Positions 1 through 10,054 of a stretch of DNA of 64,000 nt are shown here, in pieces (the first letter of the stretch is position 1; each line of letters begins with the position of its first letter). Source of the stretch: an uncultured Candidatus Rokubacteria bacterium. Its GTDB lineage: Bacteria; Methylomirabilota; Methylomirabilia; Rokubacteriales; CSP1-6. Location: positions 32,001-96,000 of the forward strand of contig CAVWFS010000001.1 of assembly GCA_963754315.1 (NCBI GenBank). Reading direction: 5' to 3'. A model generated the notes under the pieces. That model worked only from the letters and a program-made list of their open reading frames with translations. It had not been told where the DNA came from and made no database searches. Position numbers and translations under genes: made by a program.

Positions 1-1
1 A

Positions 2-100
2 ATCGACTACGTCGACAACAACATGATGGGTGCTGGCTTCGCGATCAAGAATCCGAACGTGAAGTCGAGCTGCGGCTGCGGCCAGTCCCATCGCTTCTAG
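2..100 (+). CDS. 3' end of A-type Fe-S cluster carrier (IscA/ErpA/HesB family), truncated by window start
   Basis: Frame 2 reads [32 protein letters not shown], containing the NPN...CGCG-S C-terminal motif. Confidence 0.9.
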   Translation: MDYVDNNMMGAGFAIKNPNVKSSCGCGQSHRF

Positions 101-109
101 CGATCTGTC

Positions 110-781
110 GTGCGCGTCGGCGTCCGGCTCTTCGCTCGCTATCGTGAGGCCGCCGGACGGGAACGTATTGAGGTGGAGCTCCCTGAAGGTGGCACCGTGG
201 AAGGGGCCTGGTCTGCGGTTGTCGACCGTGTGCCCGAACTATCGCGGTACCGCCCCTATACCCTCTTCGCCGTCGATCAGGACTACGTACTCGCCGACCA
301 CCGGCTGACTGCCGGCGATGAGCTCTGCCTCTTCCCACCCGTGAGCGGGGGCGCCGGTCTCGACACCTACCGGGTGCTGACGCAGCCGCTTTCCCCGGAC
401 GCGGTGGCCGCCGCCGTAGATGATCCAGGGGCGGGGGGCATCGCCATCTTCTCGGGGGTTGTGCGAAACGAGACTCAAGGTCGCTCGGTCAAGTTCCTGG
501 AGTACGAAGCCCACGTCCCGATGGCCGAGGTGAAAATGCGTGAGATCGGCCAGGTCATTCGCGCCCGCTGGCCAGGAGTGAAGCGAGTGGCCATTCTGCA
601 CCGGGTGGGCCGACTCGACATCGGCGAGGCGAGCGTGCTCATCGCGGTCTCGGCCGCCCACCGGGGTGAGGCGTTCGAGGCGTGCCGCTTCGCCATCGAC
701 ACACTCAAGACCACTGTGCCGGTGTGGAAGAAAGAGCACTTCGAGGACGGCGAGGTCTGGGTCGGTCTCCAGGGAGGGTGA
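110..781 (+). CDS. MoaD-MoaE fusion (molybdopterin synthase, MoaX-like)
   Basis: N-terminal MoaD/ThiS fold ending PPVSGG, then MoaE motifs (FSGVVRN, LEYEAH, HRVGRL, PVWKKE). Confidence 0.9.
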   Translation: MRVGVRLFARYREAAGRERIEVELPEGGTVEGAWSAVVDRVPELSRYRPYTLFAVDQDYVLADHRLTAGDELCLFPPVSGGAGLDTYRVLTQPLSPDAVAAAVDDPGAGGIAIFSGVVRNETQGRSVKFLEYEAHVPMAEVKMREIGQVIRARWPGVKRVAILHRVGRLDIGEASVLIAVSAAHRGEAFEACRFAIDTLKTTVPVWKKEHFEDGEVWVGLQGG

Positions 782-2169
782 GGACGGACGTCGGCCGGAT
801 TCTCGCCTCGACCGAGGCCACCATTCGCCGCCACGCGATGCTCGCTGGCGGCGAAACTGTTCTCGTAGCCGTCTCGGGGGGCGCCGACTCAGTGGCTCTC
901 CTGTATGTCCTCGTTCAGCTCGCCTCGGCCTGGAATCTCCAGCTTCGTGTCCTCCACGTCGATCATCAGCTTCGTCCCCATTCGTCGCGGGACGGAGAGT
1001 TTGTTCGAAGGGTGGCGGCGGGACTCAGGGTCCCGGCCGAGGTTGCCACCGTGGTGGTCGCGGGTGGCGAGTCGCTCGAGGCGGCCGCCCGTGCGGCCCG
1101 CTACGGCGCCCTCGAGGTCCACGCTAGCCGCCTTGGTGCCCACCGGATCGCTATCGCCCACACGGCCGACGACCAGGCAGAGACCGTCCTGATGCGGCTC
1201 CTGGAAGGGGCGGGCGTGCGGGGTCTGGCCGGCATCCCGCCCGTGCGTGGCCGAATCATCCGGCCCCTGATCGCCGAGGCGCGTGCCTCGCTACGTAGCG
1301 TGCTAGGGGAGGCCGGACTCGAGTGGATCGAGGATCCCTCGAACGAGGATCGACGCTTTCTGCGCAACCGGATTCGCCACGAGTTGCTTCCCTTGCTGGC
1401 GGCCTCCTACAACCCGGCCATCGTAGAGGCGCTTGGCCGGACAGGACGGCTCGTCGCCGTCACTGCATCGACGCTCGAGGCGGTAGCGACCGTCGAACTC
1501 GACCGGCTCGGTGCCAGGGTCGGCGACGAGCTCGTGCTGCCTTTGGCCGAGATGAAGGCACTGCCGCGTGAGGTAGCCGCCGAGGCTCTGCGCCAGGGCG
1601 CGGCGCGCATGGGGAGCAGTCGACCGCTCCGCGCCTGGGCGCACCGCGGCTTGCGGCGCGTGCTCGCTCACCCCGCTCCTCGCCACCCATTCGCATGGGG
1701 TGGGGTCCTGATCGAGGTGAGCGTAGGCAAGATCCGCCTGGCCACCCGTCCAGCGCATCCCCTCGCCCAGCGCGAGATTCCTGTTCCGGGCAAGGTCCTC
1801 CTTCCCGAGGCAGGTCTGGTGCTTGAGAGCACCTTGTTTCTGGAGGGCGAAGCCCCAATGCCGGCGGACGCTCATCAGGCCGTCTTCGATGCCGACGCGT
1901 TAGCCCGCCCCCTCATCGTCCGTAGCCGGCGCCCCGGAGATCGTCTGAGACCATTCGGAGCCACCGGGGAGCGCCGGGTTAAGGGCCTGCTCTTGGAGGC
2001 CGGGCTCCCGCGCTGGGAGCGAGGACGAGTGCCCCTGGTCCAGGCGGGCCCGGAGCTGGTGTGGGTCGGAGGTGTCCGCCGAGGCGCCGCGGCGCCGGTC
2101 ACCCCGGCCACTCGGCGGGTCCTTCGGCTCGGATTGTCCTCGCTGGCGGAACCCGCCATGCAACGCTAG
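778..2169 (+). CDS. tilS: tRNA(Ile)-lysidine synthetase
   Basis: VAVSGGADS PP-loop, HVDHQLR, AHTADDQAET, EDPSN, RNRIRH; GTG at 778 overlaps the moaDE stop (alternative ATG at 838). Confidence 0.93.
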   Translation: MRTDVGRILASTEATIRRHAMLAGGETVLVAVSGGADSVALLYVLVQLASAWNLQLRVLHVDHQLRPHSSRDGEFVRRVAAGLRVPAEVATVVVAGGESLEAAARAARYGALEVHASRLGAHRIAIAHTADDQAETVLMRLLEGAGVRGLAGIPPVRGRIIRPLIAEARASLRSVLGEAGLEWIEDPSNEDRRFLRNRIRHELLPLLAASYNPAIVEALGRTGRLVAVTASTLEAVATVELDRLGARVGDELVLPLAEMKALPREVAAEALRQGAARMGSSRPLRAWAHRGLRRVLAHPAPRHPFAWGGVLIEVSVGKIRLATRPAHPLAQREIPVPGKVLLPEAGLVLESTLFLEGEAPMPADAHQAVFDADALARPLIVRSRRPGDRLRPFGATGERRVKGLLLEAGLPRWERGRVPLVQAGPELVWVGGVRRGAAAPVTPATRRVLRLGLSSLAEPAMQR

Positions 2170-2283
2170 AATTCTGGGGTCGTCACGGCGTGCGTGCCGT
2201 TCACCCATACACTCGGGAGGCACGAGTGTATGGGATTGGATCCTCTTGACCTACGACTGCCCCATCGAGGACGCTGCCAGGCC

Positions 2284-3723
2284 ATGACTGAGAGCCCGCT
2301 CATGGAGGGGATACGTCGGCATGCGCCGCGGGACACGGTGCTGGTGGTCGACGACGAACCGAGCGTGCGGGCCTCCGTACGAACCATTCTCGAAGGGACG
2401 TGTGAGGTCCTGGAGGCGGAGGGTGGCGCGGAGGCACTCGATCTCCTCCGAACGCACGATGTCGATCTCGTCATGCTAGATCAGCGGATGCCGGGCGAAG
2501 CAGGTCTGGATCTACTCCCCCGCCTCAAGGCGATTGATTCCTCGATCGTCGTCGTCATGGTGACCGCCGTGCACGAGGTTCGCACCGCCGTGGAGGCCTT
2601 GAAGGGCGGTGCCTATGACTATCTCACCAAGCCCTTCGATGTCGGGGATATCGTGCTCACGGTGCGCCGTGCGCTTGAGAAGCGAGCCCTGGAGCGTGTG
2701 GTTCCTGACCTGCGCTCGGACCAGGCTCCGGCCGGCGATGACCGTAGCGGGTTTCGACCTATGGTGGGGCGGCACCGCAGCATGGTCCGCATCTACCAGC
2801 TGATCGCTCAGATAGCGCAGACGCCCACCACCAGTGTGCTGATCCTGGGAGAGAGCGGGACCGGGAAAGAACTGGTGGCGCGTTACATCCATCAGCAGAG
2901 CCCGCGGCGCACCCAGCCCTTCGTGGCCGTCAACGTGGCGGCCATTCCCGACACTCTTCTCGAATCCGAGTTGTTCGGCCATGAGAAGGGCGCCTTCACG
3001 GGTGCCTACGCACGTAAGATCGGCAAGTTCGAACTTGGTCAGGGCGGGACCGTCTTTCTCGACGAGATAGGCTCCCTGCGCCTTGACATGCAGGCGAAGC
3101 TCCTGCGGGTCCTCCAGGAGCGGGAGGTCGAACGGGTGGGAGGCCTGCACCCCACACCCGTCGACGTCCGGGTGCTCGCCGCCACTAACGTGAATCTTCG
3201 CCAGGCCATCCGGGACCGCACCTTCCGCGAGGATCTCTACTACCGTCTCAACGTGGTGCCCATTCACGTGCCACCGCTGCGGGAGCGCCGCGAGGACATC
3301 CCGATCCTCGTCGACCACTTCATTCGTAAGATCAGTCGCGAATGCAAGCGTGATGTGCGCGGTATGTCGGTCGGCGCGCGTGACATTCTGTTGCGCCACG
3401 ACTGGCCAGGCAACGTCCGGGAGCTGGAGAACGTCATCCATCGGGCGGTCGTCCTGGCCCGCGGTCCGGTGCTTCAGATCGACGACTTCCCGCTGGAGGT
3501 TGCCATGCCTGAGACCGGTTCGGGGCCCGGCGGAGACACCGGCTTGCCCCTGGCCGAGGCACGTGAGCAGTTCGAGCGACAGTACATCCTGCGCGCGCTC
3601 GAGGTGGTCGGGTGGAACGTGAGCCGAGCGGCCCGGCTCCTCGGTGTCCATCGCAATACGATCATCGCTCGACTCTCCGCCTGGGGGGTGCAACGGCCGG
3701 GCAGCGATACTCGGCTGGCCTGA
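2284..3723 (+). CDS. Sigma-54-dependent response regulator (REC-AAA+-HTH, NtrC family)
   Basis: VVDDE receiver, GESGTGKE Walker [25 protein letters not shown]-terminal Fis-type HTH; start approximate. Confidence 0.92.
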   Translation: MTESPLMEGIRRHAPRDTVLVVDDEPSVRASVRTILEGTCEVLEAEGGAEALDLLRTHDVDLVMLDQRMPGEAGLDLLPRLKAIDSSIVVVMVTAVHEVRTAVEALKGGAYDYLTKPFDVGDIVLTVRRALEKRALERVVPDLRSDQAPAGDDRSGFRPMVGRHRSMVRIYQLIAQIAQTPTTSVLILGESGTGKELVARYIHQQSPRRTQPFVAVNVAAIPDTLLESELFGHEKGAFTGAYARKIGKFELGQGGTVFLDEIGSLRLDMQAKLLRVLQEREVERVGGLHPTPVDVRVLAATNVNLRQAIRDRTFREDLYYRLNVVPIHVPPLRERREDIPILVDHFIRKISRECKRDVRGMSVGARDILLRHDWPGNVRELENVIHRAVVLARGPVLQIDDFPLEVAMPETGSGPGGDTGLPLAEAREQFERQYILRALEVVGWNVSRAARLLGVHRNTIIARLSAWGVQRPGSDTRLA

Positions 3724-3741
3724 AGCGAGCAGTCCCCCGCC

Positions 3742-4611
3742 TTAGCGCCACGCGATCATTGTGTAGACGACACCCCACAGGGCCAGCAGATCGCGTAGAT
3801 GCCGCCCGGCGGGGGCGACGCTCTCGACGTGTCCGATCATTCCCACCAGGACCACCGTGGTGTTGCGGGGTCGCGCGGCAGCCAGCCGCAGGGTTTCGGT
3901 GTAGGGAACGGCCCGGTCGCCCCGTCCGTGAACGAGCACGACGCGACCGGGGATTCGCGGTGCCACGCGCTCAGGCGAGAGGGCTTCCAGAAGGGGGGCG
4001 ATGGCGTCCAAGGCGATCTCCGTGGCCTGGCGATTGCCCGCGGCGAGGTTCTCGCGGACCGACGGGTCCAGGAGGTCCGCATTGGCAGCCAGGAACGCGC
4101 GGATCACCTCAGGATCGTGCACGGTGTGGCCGCGGCGATCCCCGTAGGCGTACTCGCCCGTCAAGAAAAAGCGGACGAGTTCACGGGCCGACGCGTATCC
4201 GCCCAGGACCACCACGGTAGCGACCCGGCCGCTTACGCGAGGATCGGCGGCGGCGAGAAGCGCTGGGCCGGCGCCCACGCTCACGGTGACGAGAGTGGCC
4301 GGACCCGGTCGAAGATCAAGGGCGGCGATCACGGGCTCGGTGTCGTGAGGCCGAAGCCGCCCCTGCGTCAGTCCCGGAATGGTCGGCACTGCCACCGCGA
4401 AGCCTGTCCTCGCGAGGAGGGCCGCGGCCGCCAAGACCCGCTCATCGCGGTTACCCTGGGGCGCGAAGCCATGGACGAGCACGAGCGGGGCGCCATCGCG
4501 CGACCCGCTCACCAGCATGACGTCGGCGGTGGGCAGGGTCACGTGCCGCCACCCGGGTGCGTCGGTCAGGCGCGAGAGGATCGGATAGCGACCCTCCGAC
4601 AGGAATTCCAC
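3742..4611 (-). CDS. Alpha/beta-hydrolase-fold protein, probably membrane-anchored; true start uncertain and likely upstream
   Basis: LVLVHG, VSVGAG nucleophile-elbow-like motif, VLVHGRGDRAVP, late His; in-frame hydrophobic extension to about 4740. Confidence 0.65.
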   Translation of the reverse strand: MEFLSEGRYPILSRLTDAPGWRHVTLPTADVMLVSGSRDGAPLVLVHGFAPQGNRDERVLAAAALLARTGFAVAVPTIPGLTQGRLRPHDTEPVIAALDLRPGPATLVTVSVGAGPALLAAADPRVSGRVATVVVLGGYASARELVRFFLTGEYAYGDRRGHTVHDPEVIRAFLAANADLLDPSVRENLAAGNRQATEIALDAIAPLLEALSPERVAPRIPGRVVLVHGRGDRAVPYTETLRLAAARPRNTTVVLVGMIGHVESVAPAGRHLRDLLALWGVVYTMIAWR

Positions 4612-4723
4612 GAGGAAAGCGCCCGCCAGGACTAGGCGGGCAGCGGCGACACCGAAGGGTCCGGCGAGGACGACGCCGAGAACGAGAAGCGCGAGCGCGA
4701 AGCCGAGCCGAACGGGGCGGTTG

Positions 4724-5410
4724 CTACTTGCGATTAATGCACTTCACCAGGCGCCAGCCGTGGAACATGTTGACCTTGACCATGATCTCTGGCGAGAGAC
4801 CCACGCGATCGAGGAGCGGGCGAAGGGCGAGATTGGATTTCCAGCCGAGCCACCGACAGACGGGTGCGACCCGGTCTTCTAGCCAGCCCATGAGGCGTTG
4901 CTGGCTTCGGAAGTGATTGAGGATCACGATGACCCCTCCCGGTTTCACCACGCGCTGCATCTCGCGAAGCACGGCTACCGGGTCGGGCACGGCGGAGATG
5001 GTGTAGGTTGCGATGGCTTTGTCGAACTCGTCGTCACCGAAGTCCATGCAGGTCGCGTCCATGACCTTGAGCCTGATGTTGGGCATGGCCAGGGTTTGCA
5101 CGCGTTCCACGGCCTTGTCGAGCATTTCCTGCGAGAGATCGATGCCCGTGAGCTCGGTGGTGGGCGGATACAGCGGGAGATTGAGACCGGTACCGATTCC
5201 GACTTCGAGCACCGAGTCGTTCGGCTGCAGCCCGAGGTACTTCACGGCGGCGGCACGGCCCGGGGCAAAGATCCAGTCGAAGATGAGATCGTACACTGGC
5301 GCATACAGCTCATACGCCCGCTGGACCTGCCTCTTCTCCAATGCTACGTCCACGTGCACCCTCCGGGGTTTATTCGTCAAGGCTGGCCTCGGAAGCGAAT
5401 CGCCCGTCAT
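4724..5410 (-). CDS. Class I SAM-dependent methyltransferase, phospholipid N-methyltransferase (PmtA)-like
   Basis: AYELYAPVYD...F, VLEVGIGTG motif I, AVPDP...LREMQRVVKPGG...LNHF. Confidence 0.75.
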   Translation of the reverse strand: MTGDSLPRPALTNKPRRVHVDVALEKRQVQRAYELYAPVYDLIFDWIFAPGRAAAVKYLGLQPNDSVLEVGIGTGLNLPLYPPTTELTGIDLSQEMLDKAVERVQTLAMPNIRLKVMDATCMDFGDDEFDKAIATYTISAVPDPVAVLREMQRVVKPGGVIVILNHFRSQQRLMGWLEDRVAPVCRWLGWKSNLALRPLLDRVGLSPEIMVKVNMFHGWRLVKCINRK

Positions 5411-5449
5411 TTTACTCGGTCGCCTCCGCGTTTGCCAAGCGGCTTCTCT

Positions 5450-6796
5450 TCAAAGGAGGAATCGCATGAGAAGGGTGGCCAGGCCGAGAAAGGAAAAGAA
5501 TCCACACACATCGGTGAAGGTCGTGATGATCACGCTCGAGGCGATGGCGGGGTCGATGTGCAAGGTTTTCAGGGCAACCGGCACGAGGGTGCCGACCACC
5601 GCCGCCACCAGCATGTTGAAGAGCAGGGCCACGCCGAGGATGGCGGCCAGGACCAGGTGCTGCTTCCAGAGGTAGGCGAACACGGCGATGAGGATGCCGG
5701 TGGCAAGTCCCGTGGTGCCGGCCAGCCACAGTTCCTTGAGGAGCACACGCCGCAGCACGCCGCTGGTGAGGTCGCCCAGCGCGATACCACGGATGACGAC
5801 GGTAGCCGTTTGCGTGGTGCCGATGCCGCCCATGGACGCCACGATAGGCATGAAGACAGCGAGGATGGCCAGCTCTCGGATGGAGCCTTCGAACAGGCCG
5901 ATGACCGACGCGGCCAGGATGGCGGTGGCTAGGTTGACGACGCGCCAGATCAGCCGCTTGGGGAAGACACTCTGCGGAGAATCGAAGAGGGTCTCGTCCC
6001 CCGCGACCCCACCCAGCCGCTGGATATCCTCGGTGGCCTCCTCCTGGATGACGTCGATGACATCCTCCACCCCGATGGTCCCCAGCAGGCGTCGGTTGTT
6101 GTCCACGACCGGGACCTCGAGAACGTTGTAGCGACGGACGAGATTGGCCACCTCTTCCTGGTCGGTATCGACACTCACGCTCTGCACGTCCTCGTCGCGA
6201 ATGGCGACCATGGGGGTGGTGGGCTCGGCCGCCAGCAGACGGTGGAGGGGCACGACCCCGACCAGGTGGTCGTGATCGTCCACGACGTAGAGGTAAAAGG
6301 CGGCGTCGCCGGAGGCTGCCTTGCGAATGTGCTCGATGGCCTGCGCCACCGTCGTGTGTTCAGAGACGGCCACGAAGCGCGGCGACATGAGGCGGCCGGC
6401 CGTCCCTTCCTCGTATTCCAGCAGCTCCTGGACTTCTTCGGACTTCTCCTCCTCCATGAGGTCCAGGATCTTTTCGGCGTCTTCCCGCGGCAGCTCTTCC
6501 ACGACCTCCACCACATGGTCGGAGGGCATGGTGTCGAGGATGCGAGAGACCTCTGCCTCATCGAGGGAGCGGACGAGGTCGCGTTGGATGGCATCGTCAA
6601 GCTCGGAGAGAACGTCGCCGGCCAGTTGGGACGGGAGCAGTCGAAACACGCGAACCTGGTCGTCGCGGGGCAATTCCCGCAGCGCGCTGGCCAGGTCGGC
6701 CGGATGAAGCTCTTCGACGAGATCGGTGAGACGCCGCTCCTGCCCACCCTCGAGGAGTTCCCTGATCTGTTGCGTCAGCCGCTCGCGCTCTTCCAT
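5450..6796 (-). CDS. mgtE: Magnesium transporter MgtE
   Basis: LHPADLA N-domain, TAGRLM, tandem CBS domains, FMPIVASMGG, DPAIASS...TTFTDV. Confidence 0.95.
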   Translation of the reverse strand: MEERERLTQQIRELLEGGQERRLTDLVEELHPADLASALRELPRDDQVRVFRLLPSQLAGDVLSELDDAIQRDLVRSLDEAEVSRILDTMPSDHVVEVVEELPREDAEKILDLMEEEKSEEVQELLEYEEGTAGRLMSPRFVAVSEHTTVAQAIEHIRKAASGDAAFYLYVVDDHDHLVGVVPLHRLLAAEPTTPMVAIRDEDVQSVSVDTDQEEVANLVRRYNVLEVPVVDNNRRLLGTIGVEDVIDVIQEEATEDIQRLGGVAGDETLFDSPQSVFPKRLIWRVVNLATAILAASVIGLFEGSIRELAILAVFMPIVASMGGIGTTQTATVVIRGIALGDLTSGVLRRVLLKELWLAGTTGLATGILIAVFAYLWKQHLVLAAILGVALLFNMLVAAVVGTLVPVALKTLHIDPAIASSVIITTFTDVCGFFSFLGLATLLMRFLL

Positions 6797-6835
6797 CGGC
6801 TCACCGGCGGGCTGTGCGGCTCGCCCTCCACCTGC

Positions 6836-7156
6836 TCAGCTCCCGGCGGTGGGCGGTCGCGTCGGCGGGGGCTGGCCGAGCACGGCCCGCGTGCGCTCTT
6901 CCACGGCCGTCTCGAGCATGCGTACCCGTGCCTCCAGGGTCCGCGTCCGCGCACGAAGGCGCCAGCGCTGCAGGCTGAGCGGTATGCCGGCCACCACGAT
7001 GCCCGCCGCCAAGGAGAGCAAGACGAGCGCAGACAGGGGGATCTCGTACTTCCAGAATATGAGGTTGACAGTGATCGACTCGCCGTTGGCGACAGCGAAG
7101 ATGGTCACCGCCACCGCCAAGAGCGCGACCACCAGGTAGCCGAAGGTCACGTCCAC
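6836..7156 (-). CDS. LapA/DUF1049-family small membrane protein
   Basis: FAVANGESITVNLIFW...PLSALVLLS, two TM helices then a basic coiled segment. Confidence 0.75.
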   Translation of the reverse strand: MDVTFGYLVVALLAVAVTIFAVANGESITVNLIFWKYEIPLSALVLLSLAAGIVVAGIPLSLQRWRLRARTRTLEARVRMLETAVEERTRAVLGQPPPTRPPTAGS

Positions 7157-7184
7157 CCTCGGCTGGAACCCGCCAACGCTTTCC

Positions 7185-8384
7185 TCACGCGCCGAACTTT
7201 GTGAGACGCAGGGCGTTGGCCATGAGGAGCGGCATCAGGTGGAAAGCCGGCATGGTACCCAGGCTCCCTGCTGCGCATGCCCGCTCGGTGAACGTGTCAA
7301 CGGCGTCTGCGCCACCGTAGCGGCCGTGCAGGAGCACGGGTACCGGCTGCCAGCCGTGCGCGGCCAGGATCGACGGCGTGGCGTGATCACCGGTCACGGC
7401 GAGGACGTCGGGTCGTAGGGCCTCGATCTCGGGGAGCACGGCGTCGAACCGTTCGAGAGCGGCCACCTTTGCGTCGAAGTCGCCATCCTCGCCTGCCTTG
7501 TCGGTGTCCTTGTAGTGGATGAAGAAAAAGTCGTACCCTGCCCAGTGCTGCCGCAAGGTGGCCACTTCGTCCGCGAAGGAGCTCCCTGTCTTGAGCACTT
7601 CCATCCCGACCAGCCGTGCGAGACCACGATACATCGGATAGGCGGCAATGGCCGCCGCCCGCAGGCTGAAGACAGTGGGGAAGCGTGGCAGCTCGGGAAG
7701 CTGATCGAAGCCGCGGAGCAGGATCATGTTGGCAGGCGCAGAGTCCTGAAGACACCGTCGTGCGTCGGCCACGAACTGGTTCACCAAGGTCGCCGTGAGC
7801 GCCGAGGCCGGGTCTCCTGCGCGTACGGGAAGCGGCGGCTTGCCGAGGGCTTGCGGATCGGTCTCGGACAACCGTCCACCGAGATTGGCCCCTCGGAGAA
7901 CGAGCACGAAACGGTGCTCCTTGACCGGCTCCACGAAGGTCTCGACCCCGGGGAGCCGGATGGCGCTCAATCGCTCAGCCAGCCGGATACACTCCTCGGT
8001 GCTGATACGGCCAGCCCGGCGGTCGGTAATGAGCCCGGCGGTGTCCACCGTGCAGAAGTTCCCGCGAGCTGCCACGTCGCCGGCACGCAGGTCGAATTCG
8101 ATCCCCAGCGCCTCCAGCACGCCGCGGCCCACCAGGTATCGAAGCGGGTCGTAGCCGAAGAGGCCAAGGTGGCCGGGCCCGCTGCCTGGGGTGATACCGG
8201 GGGCCACATGCCGGATCAATCCGCAGACCGACGTGCTGACCAGCCGCGCCAGGTTGGGCAGGCGCGCTGTCTCCAGCTCCGACCGACCCGTCTCCGGGCG
8301 GGGCAGGCCGCCCAGCCCATCGAGAGACACCAGGACGATCTTGGTATCGTTGGCGACGGCCAGGGGGGCGATCAGTTCCAGCAT
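7185..8384 (-). CDS. apgM: 2,3-bisphosphoglycerate-independent phosphoglycerate mutase (archaeal ApgM type)
   Basis: LDGLGG, PGSGPGHLGLFGYDP, DRRAGRI, TDKAGEDG, VTGDHATP. Confidence 0.9.
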   Translation of the reverse strand: MLELIAPLAVANDTKIVLVSLDGLGGLPRPETGRSELETARLPNLARLVSTSVCGLIRHVAPGITPGSGPGHLGLFGYDPLRYLVGRGVLEALGIEFDLRAGDVAARGNFCTVDTAGLITDRRAGRISTEECIRLAERLSAIRLPGVETFVEPVKEHRFVLVLRGANLGGRLSETDPQALGKPPLPVRAGDPASALTATLVNQFVADARRCLQDSAPANMILLRGFDQLPELPRFPTVFSLRAAAIAAYPMYRGLARLVGMEVLKTGSSFADEVATLRQHWAGYDFFFIHYKDTDKAGEDGDFDAKVAALERFDAVLPEIEALRPDVLAVTGDHATPSILAAHGWQPVPVLLHGRYGGADAVDTFTERACAAGSLGTMPAFHLMPLLMANALRLTKFGA

Positions 8385-8387
8385 GGG

Positions 8388-9290
8388 TCAGGCGTCTTTG
8401 ATGGGATTCTCTACAGAGCCCAGCCCCGGGATCTCCACTCTCACGACGTCGCCCGGATTCATGAAAACCGGCGGCTTCATGGCGGCGCCCACACCGGGCG
8501 GCGTCCCGGTAGCGATCAGGTCGCCGGGAGACAAGGTGATGAGGTTCGAGAGGTAGCTGACCAGGTAGTTGACATTGAAAATGAACGTTCGTGTGTTCCC
8601 TGCCTGCATCTGTTTGCCGTTGACGAACGTCCGCAGGTCGAGGATATGGGGATCAGGGATCTCTTGGCGGTCGGCGATGCAAGGGCCGACGGGGGCGAAG
8701 GTGTCGGGGATCTTTCCGGCCGCCCACTGGCTGGTGAGGAACTGGAAATCGCGCGCGCTGACGTCATTGATCACCGTGTAGCCCCACACGTAGTCGAGCG
8801 CACGCTCCTTGGAGACGTAGCGCGCCGTCCGACCGATGACGACTCCGAGCTCCACCTCCCAGTCGAGCTGGCTCGACCCTCGGGGGCGTAAGATGGGCTC
8901 GCCCGGATCGAGAATGGCCGTGGACCACTTGGGGAAGATCGGGGGCTCCTTGGGGATGGGGTTGTTGGTCTCCTCGGCGTGATCACGATAGTTGAGACCG
9001 ATGCAGATGAACTTTCCGGGATCGGCGATGGGTGCGTGCAGGCGCACGGAGGAAACGGGAAACGTGAGGCGCTCCGTGATGGAGGCGACGGCCTCCTCGG
9101 AGACGGCCCCGCCCTCGAGGAACCCCCGCGTACTCTCGGGGATCAAGACGGCTGCGATCTCCTGGGCGCGGACCGCGCCTCGTCGAGCCAAGGTGGCGGC
9201 GAGGCTCGCTTGCAGGTCGATGACATGATCGCCTTCCAGAGCGCCGAGGCGCGGAGTGTGACCGTTCTGGGAGAAGCGGACGAGCTTCAT
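8388..9290 (-). CDS. Fumarylacetoacetate hydrolase family protein
   Basis: ICIGLNYRDHA, LDWEVELGVVIG, NDVSARD, GDLIATGTPPGVG; ATG at 9290. Confidence 0.92.
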   Translation of the reverse strand: MKLVRFSQNGHTPRLGALEGDHVIDLQASLAATLARRGAVRAQEIAAVLIPESTRGFLEGGAVSEEAVASITERLTFPVSSVRLHAPIADPGKFICIGLNYRDHAEETNNPIPKEPPIFPKWSTAILDPGEPILRPRGSSQLDWEVELGVVIGRTARYVSKERALDYVWGYTVINDVSARDFQFLTSQWAAGKIPDTFAPVGPCIADRQEIPDPHILDLRTFVNGKQMQAGNTRTFIFNVNYLVSYLSNLITLSPGDLIATGTPPGVGAAMKPPVFMNPGDVVRVEIPGLGSVENPIKDA

Positions 9291-9339
9291 GGCTGATGGC
9301 CTCCGGCCAGAGTAGTAGTCTGCTATTATAGCGTCCATC

Positions 9340-9702
9340 ATGAGGACGCTAGCTCTGGGCGTGATCCTCCTTCTGATGGTGGGCCCCATCGTGTCAGTGG
9401 GGGCCGCGCAGCCTAGTATCGGCCTCTCGACAGCCATGCAGAACCCGGAGCGTGACGGTCATTCCACCGGCACCGTCGCCGGAGCGGTGGCTGTCAACGT
9501 TTTCCGGATCCCCGGGAAGACTCTCTTGTGCGGCCTGGGCGCGGTCACTTCGGCCGGCCTGATGGTGCTGACCTTGGGGACCCAGTACCGGACGGTGGGC
9601 GCCGTCTTCCGTGAGGGCTGCGGTGGGAAGTGGGTCATCGAGCCCGGCGATCTCAATCGCGACGTCGATCCGCCCAAGGCGATCTTCAGCATCGACCCGT
9701 AG
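9340..9702 (+). CDS. Hypothetical exported protein with two Cys
   Basis: Signal-peptide-like N-terminus (MRTLALGVILLLMVGPIVSVGAA); fills the divergent gap. Confidence 0.55.
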   Translation: MRTLALGVILLLMVGPIVSVGAAQPSIGLSTAMQNPERDGHSTGTVAGAVAVNVFRIPGKTLLCGLGAVTSAGLMVLTLGTQYRTVGAVFREGCGGKWVIEPGDLNRDVDPPKAIFSIDP

Positions 9703-10054
9703 CGCCGATTCTCTGCCCACGGGGCCGACCTCCTCGCGTACGCGCTGGTTGCTGGCCGGCCTCTTCGTCGTGTTGCTGGCAGCGTTCGCCGTCGGCCTCT
9801 GGGGCACGATTCTTCGGCCTGCTGCCTACGAGGTAACCGGTGAGCTCATCGCGCGGCCGGCGGCAAACCTGATCCTGATCCGGCACGAGCCGGTCCAGGC
9901 CCTGGGTATGAGCGCCATGGAGCTGATGGCTGTTTTCGGTGAGTCTCAACAGATCGATGCAGCCGCCCTCAAACCAGGTGATCGGGTTCGTCTGACTGTG
10001 CGATCGGTGGAGGGGCAGCTGACCCTTCTGCGCATCACGAAGCTGGTGAAGTAG
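9611..10054 (+). CDS. CusF-like copper-binding periplasmic protein; real start probably about 9713-9749
   Basis: TM/signal segment, then IRHEPVQALGMSAMELM (H..M.M copper motif) and LKPGDRVRLTV. Confidence 0.65.
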   Translation: MRAAVGSGSSSPAISIATSIRPRRSSASTRSADSLPTGPTSSRTRWLLAGLFVVLLAAFAVGLWGTILRPAAYEVTGELIARPAANLILIRHEPVQALGMSAMELMAVFGESQQIDAAALKPGDRVRLTVRSVEGQLTLLRITKLVK

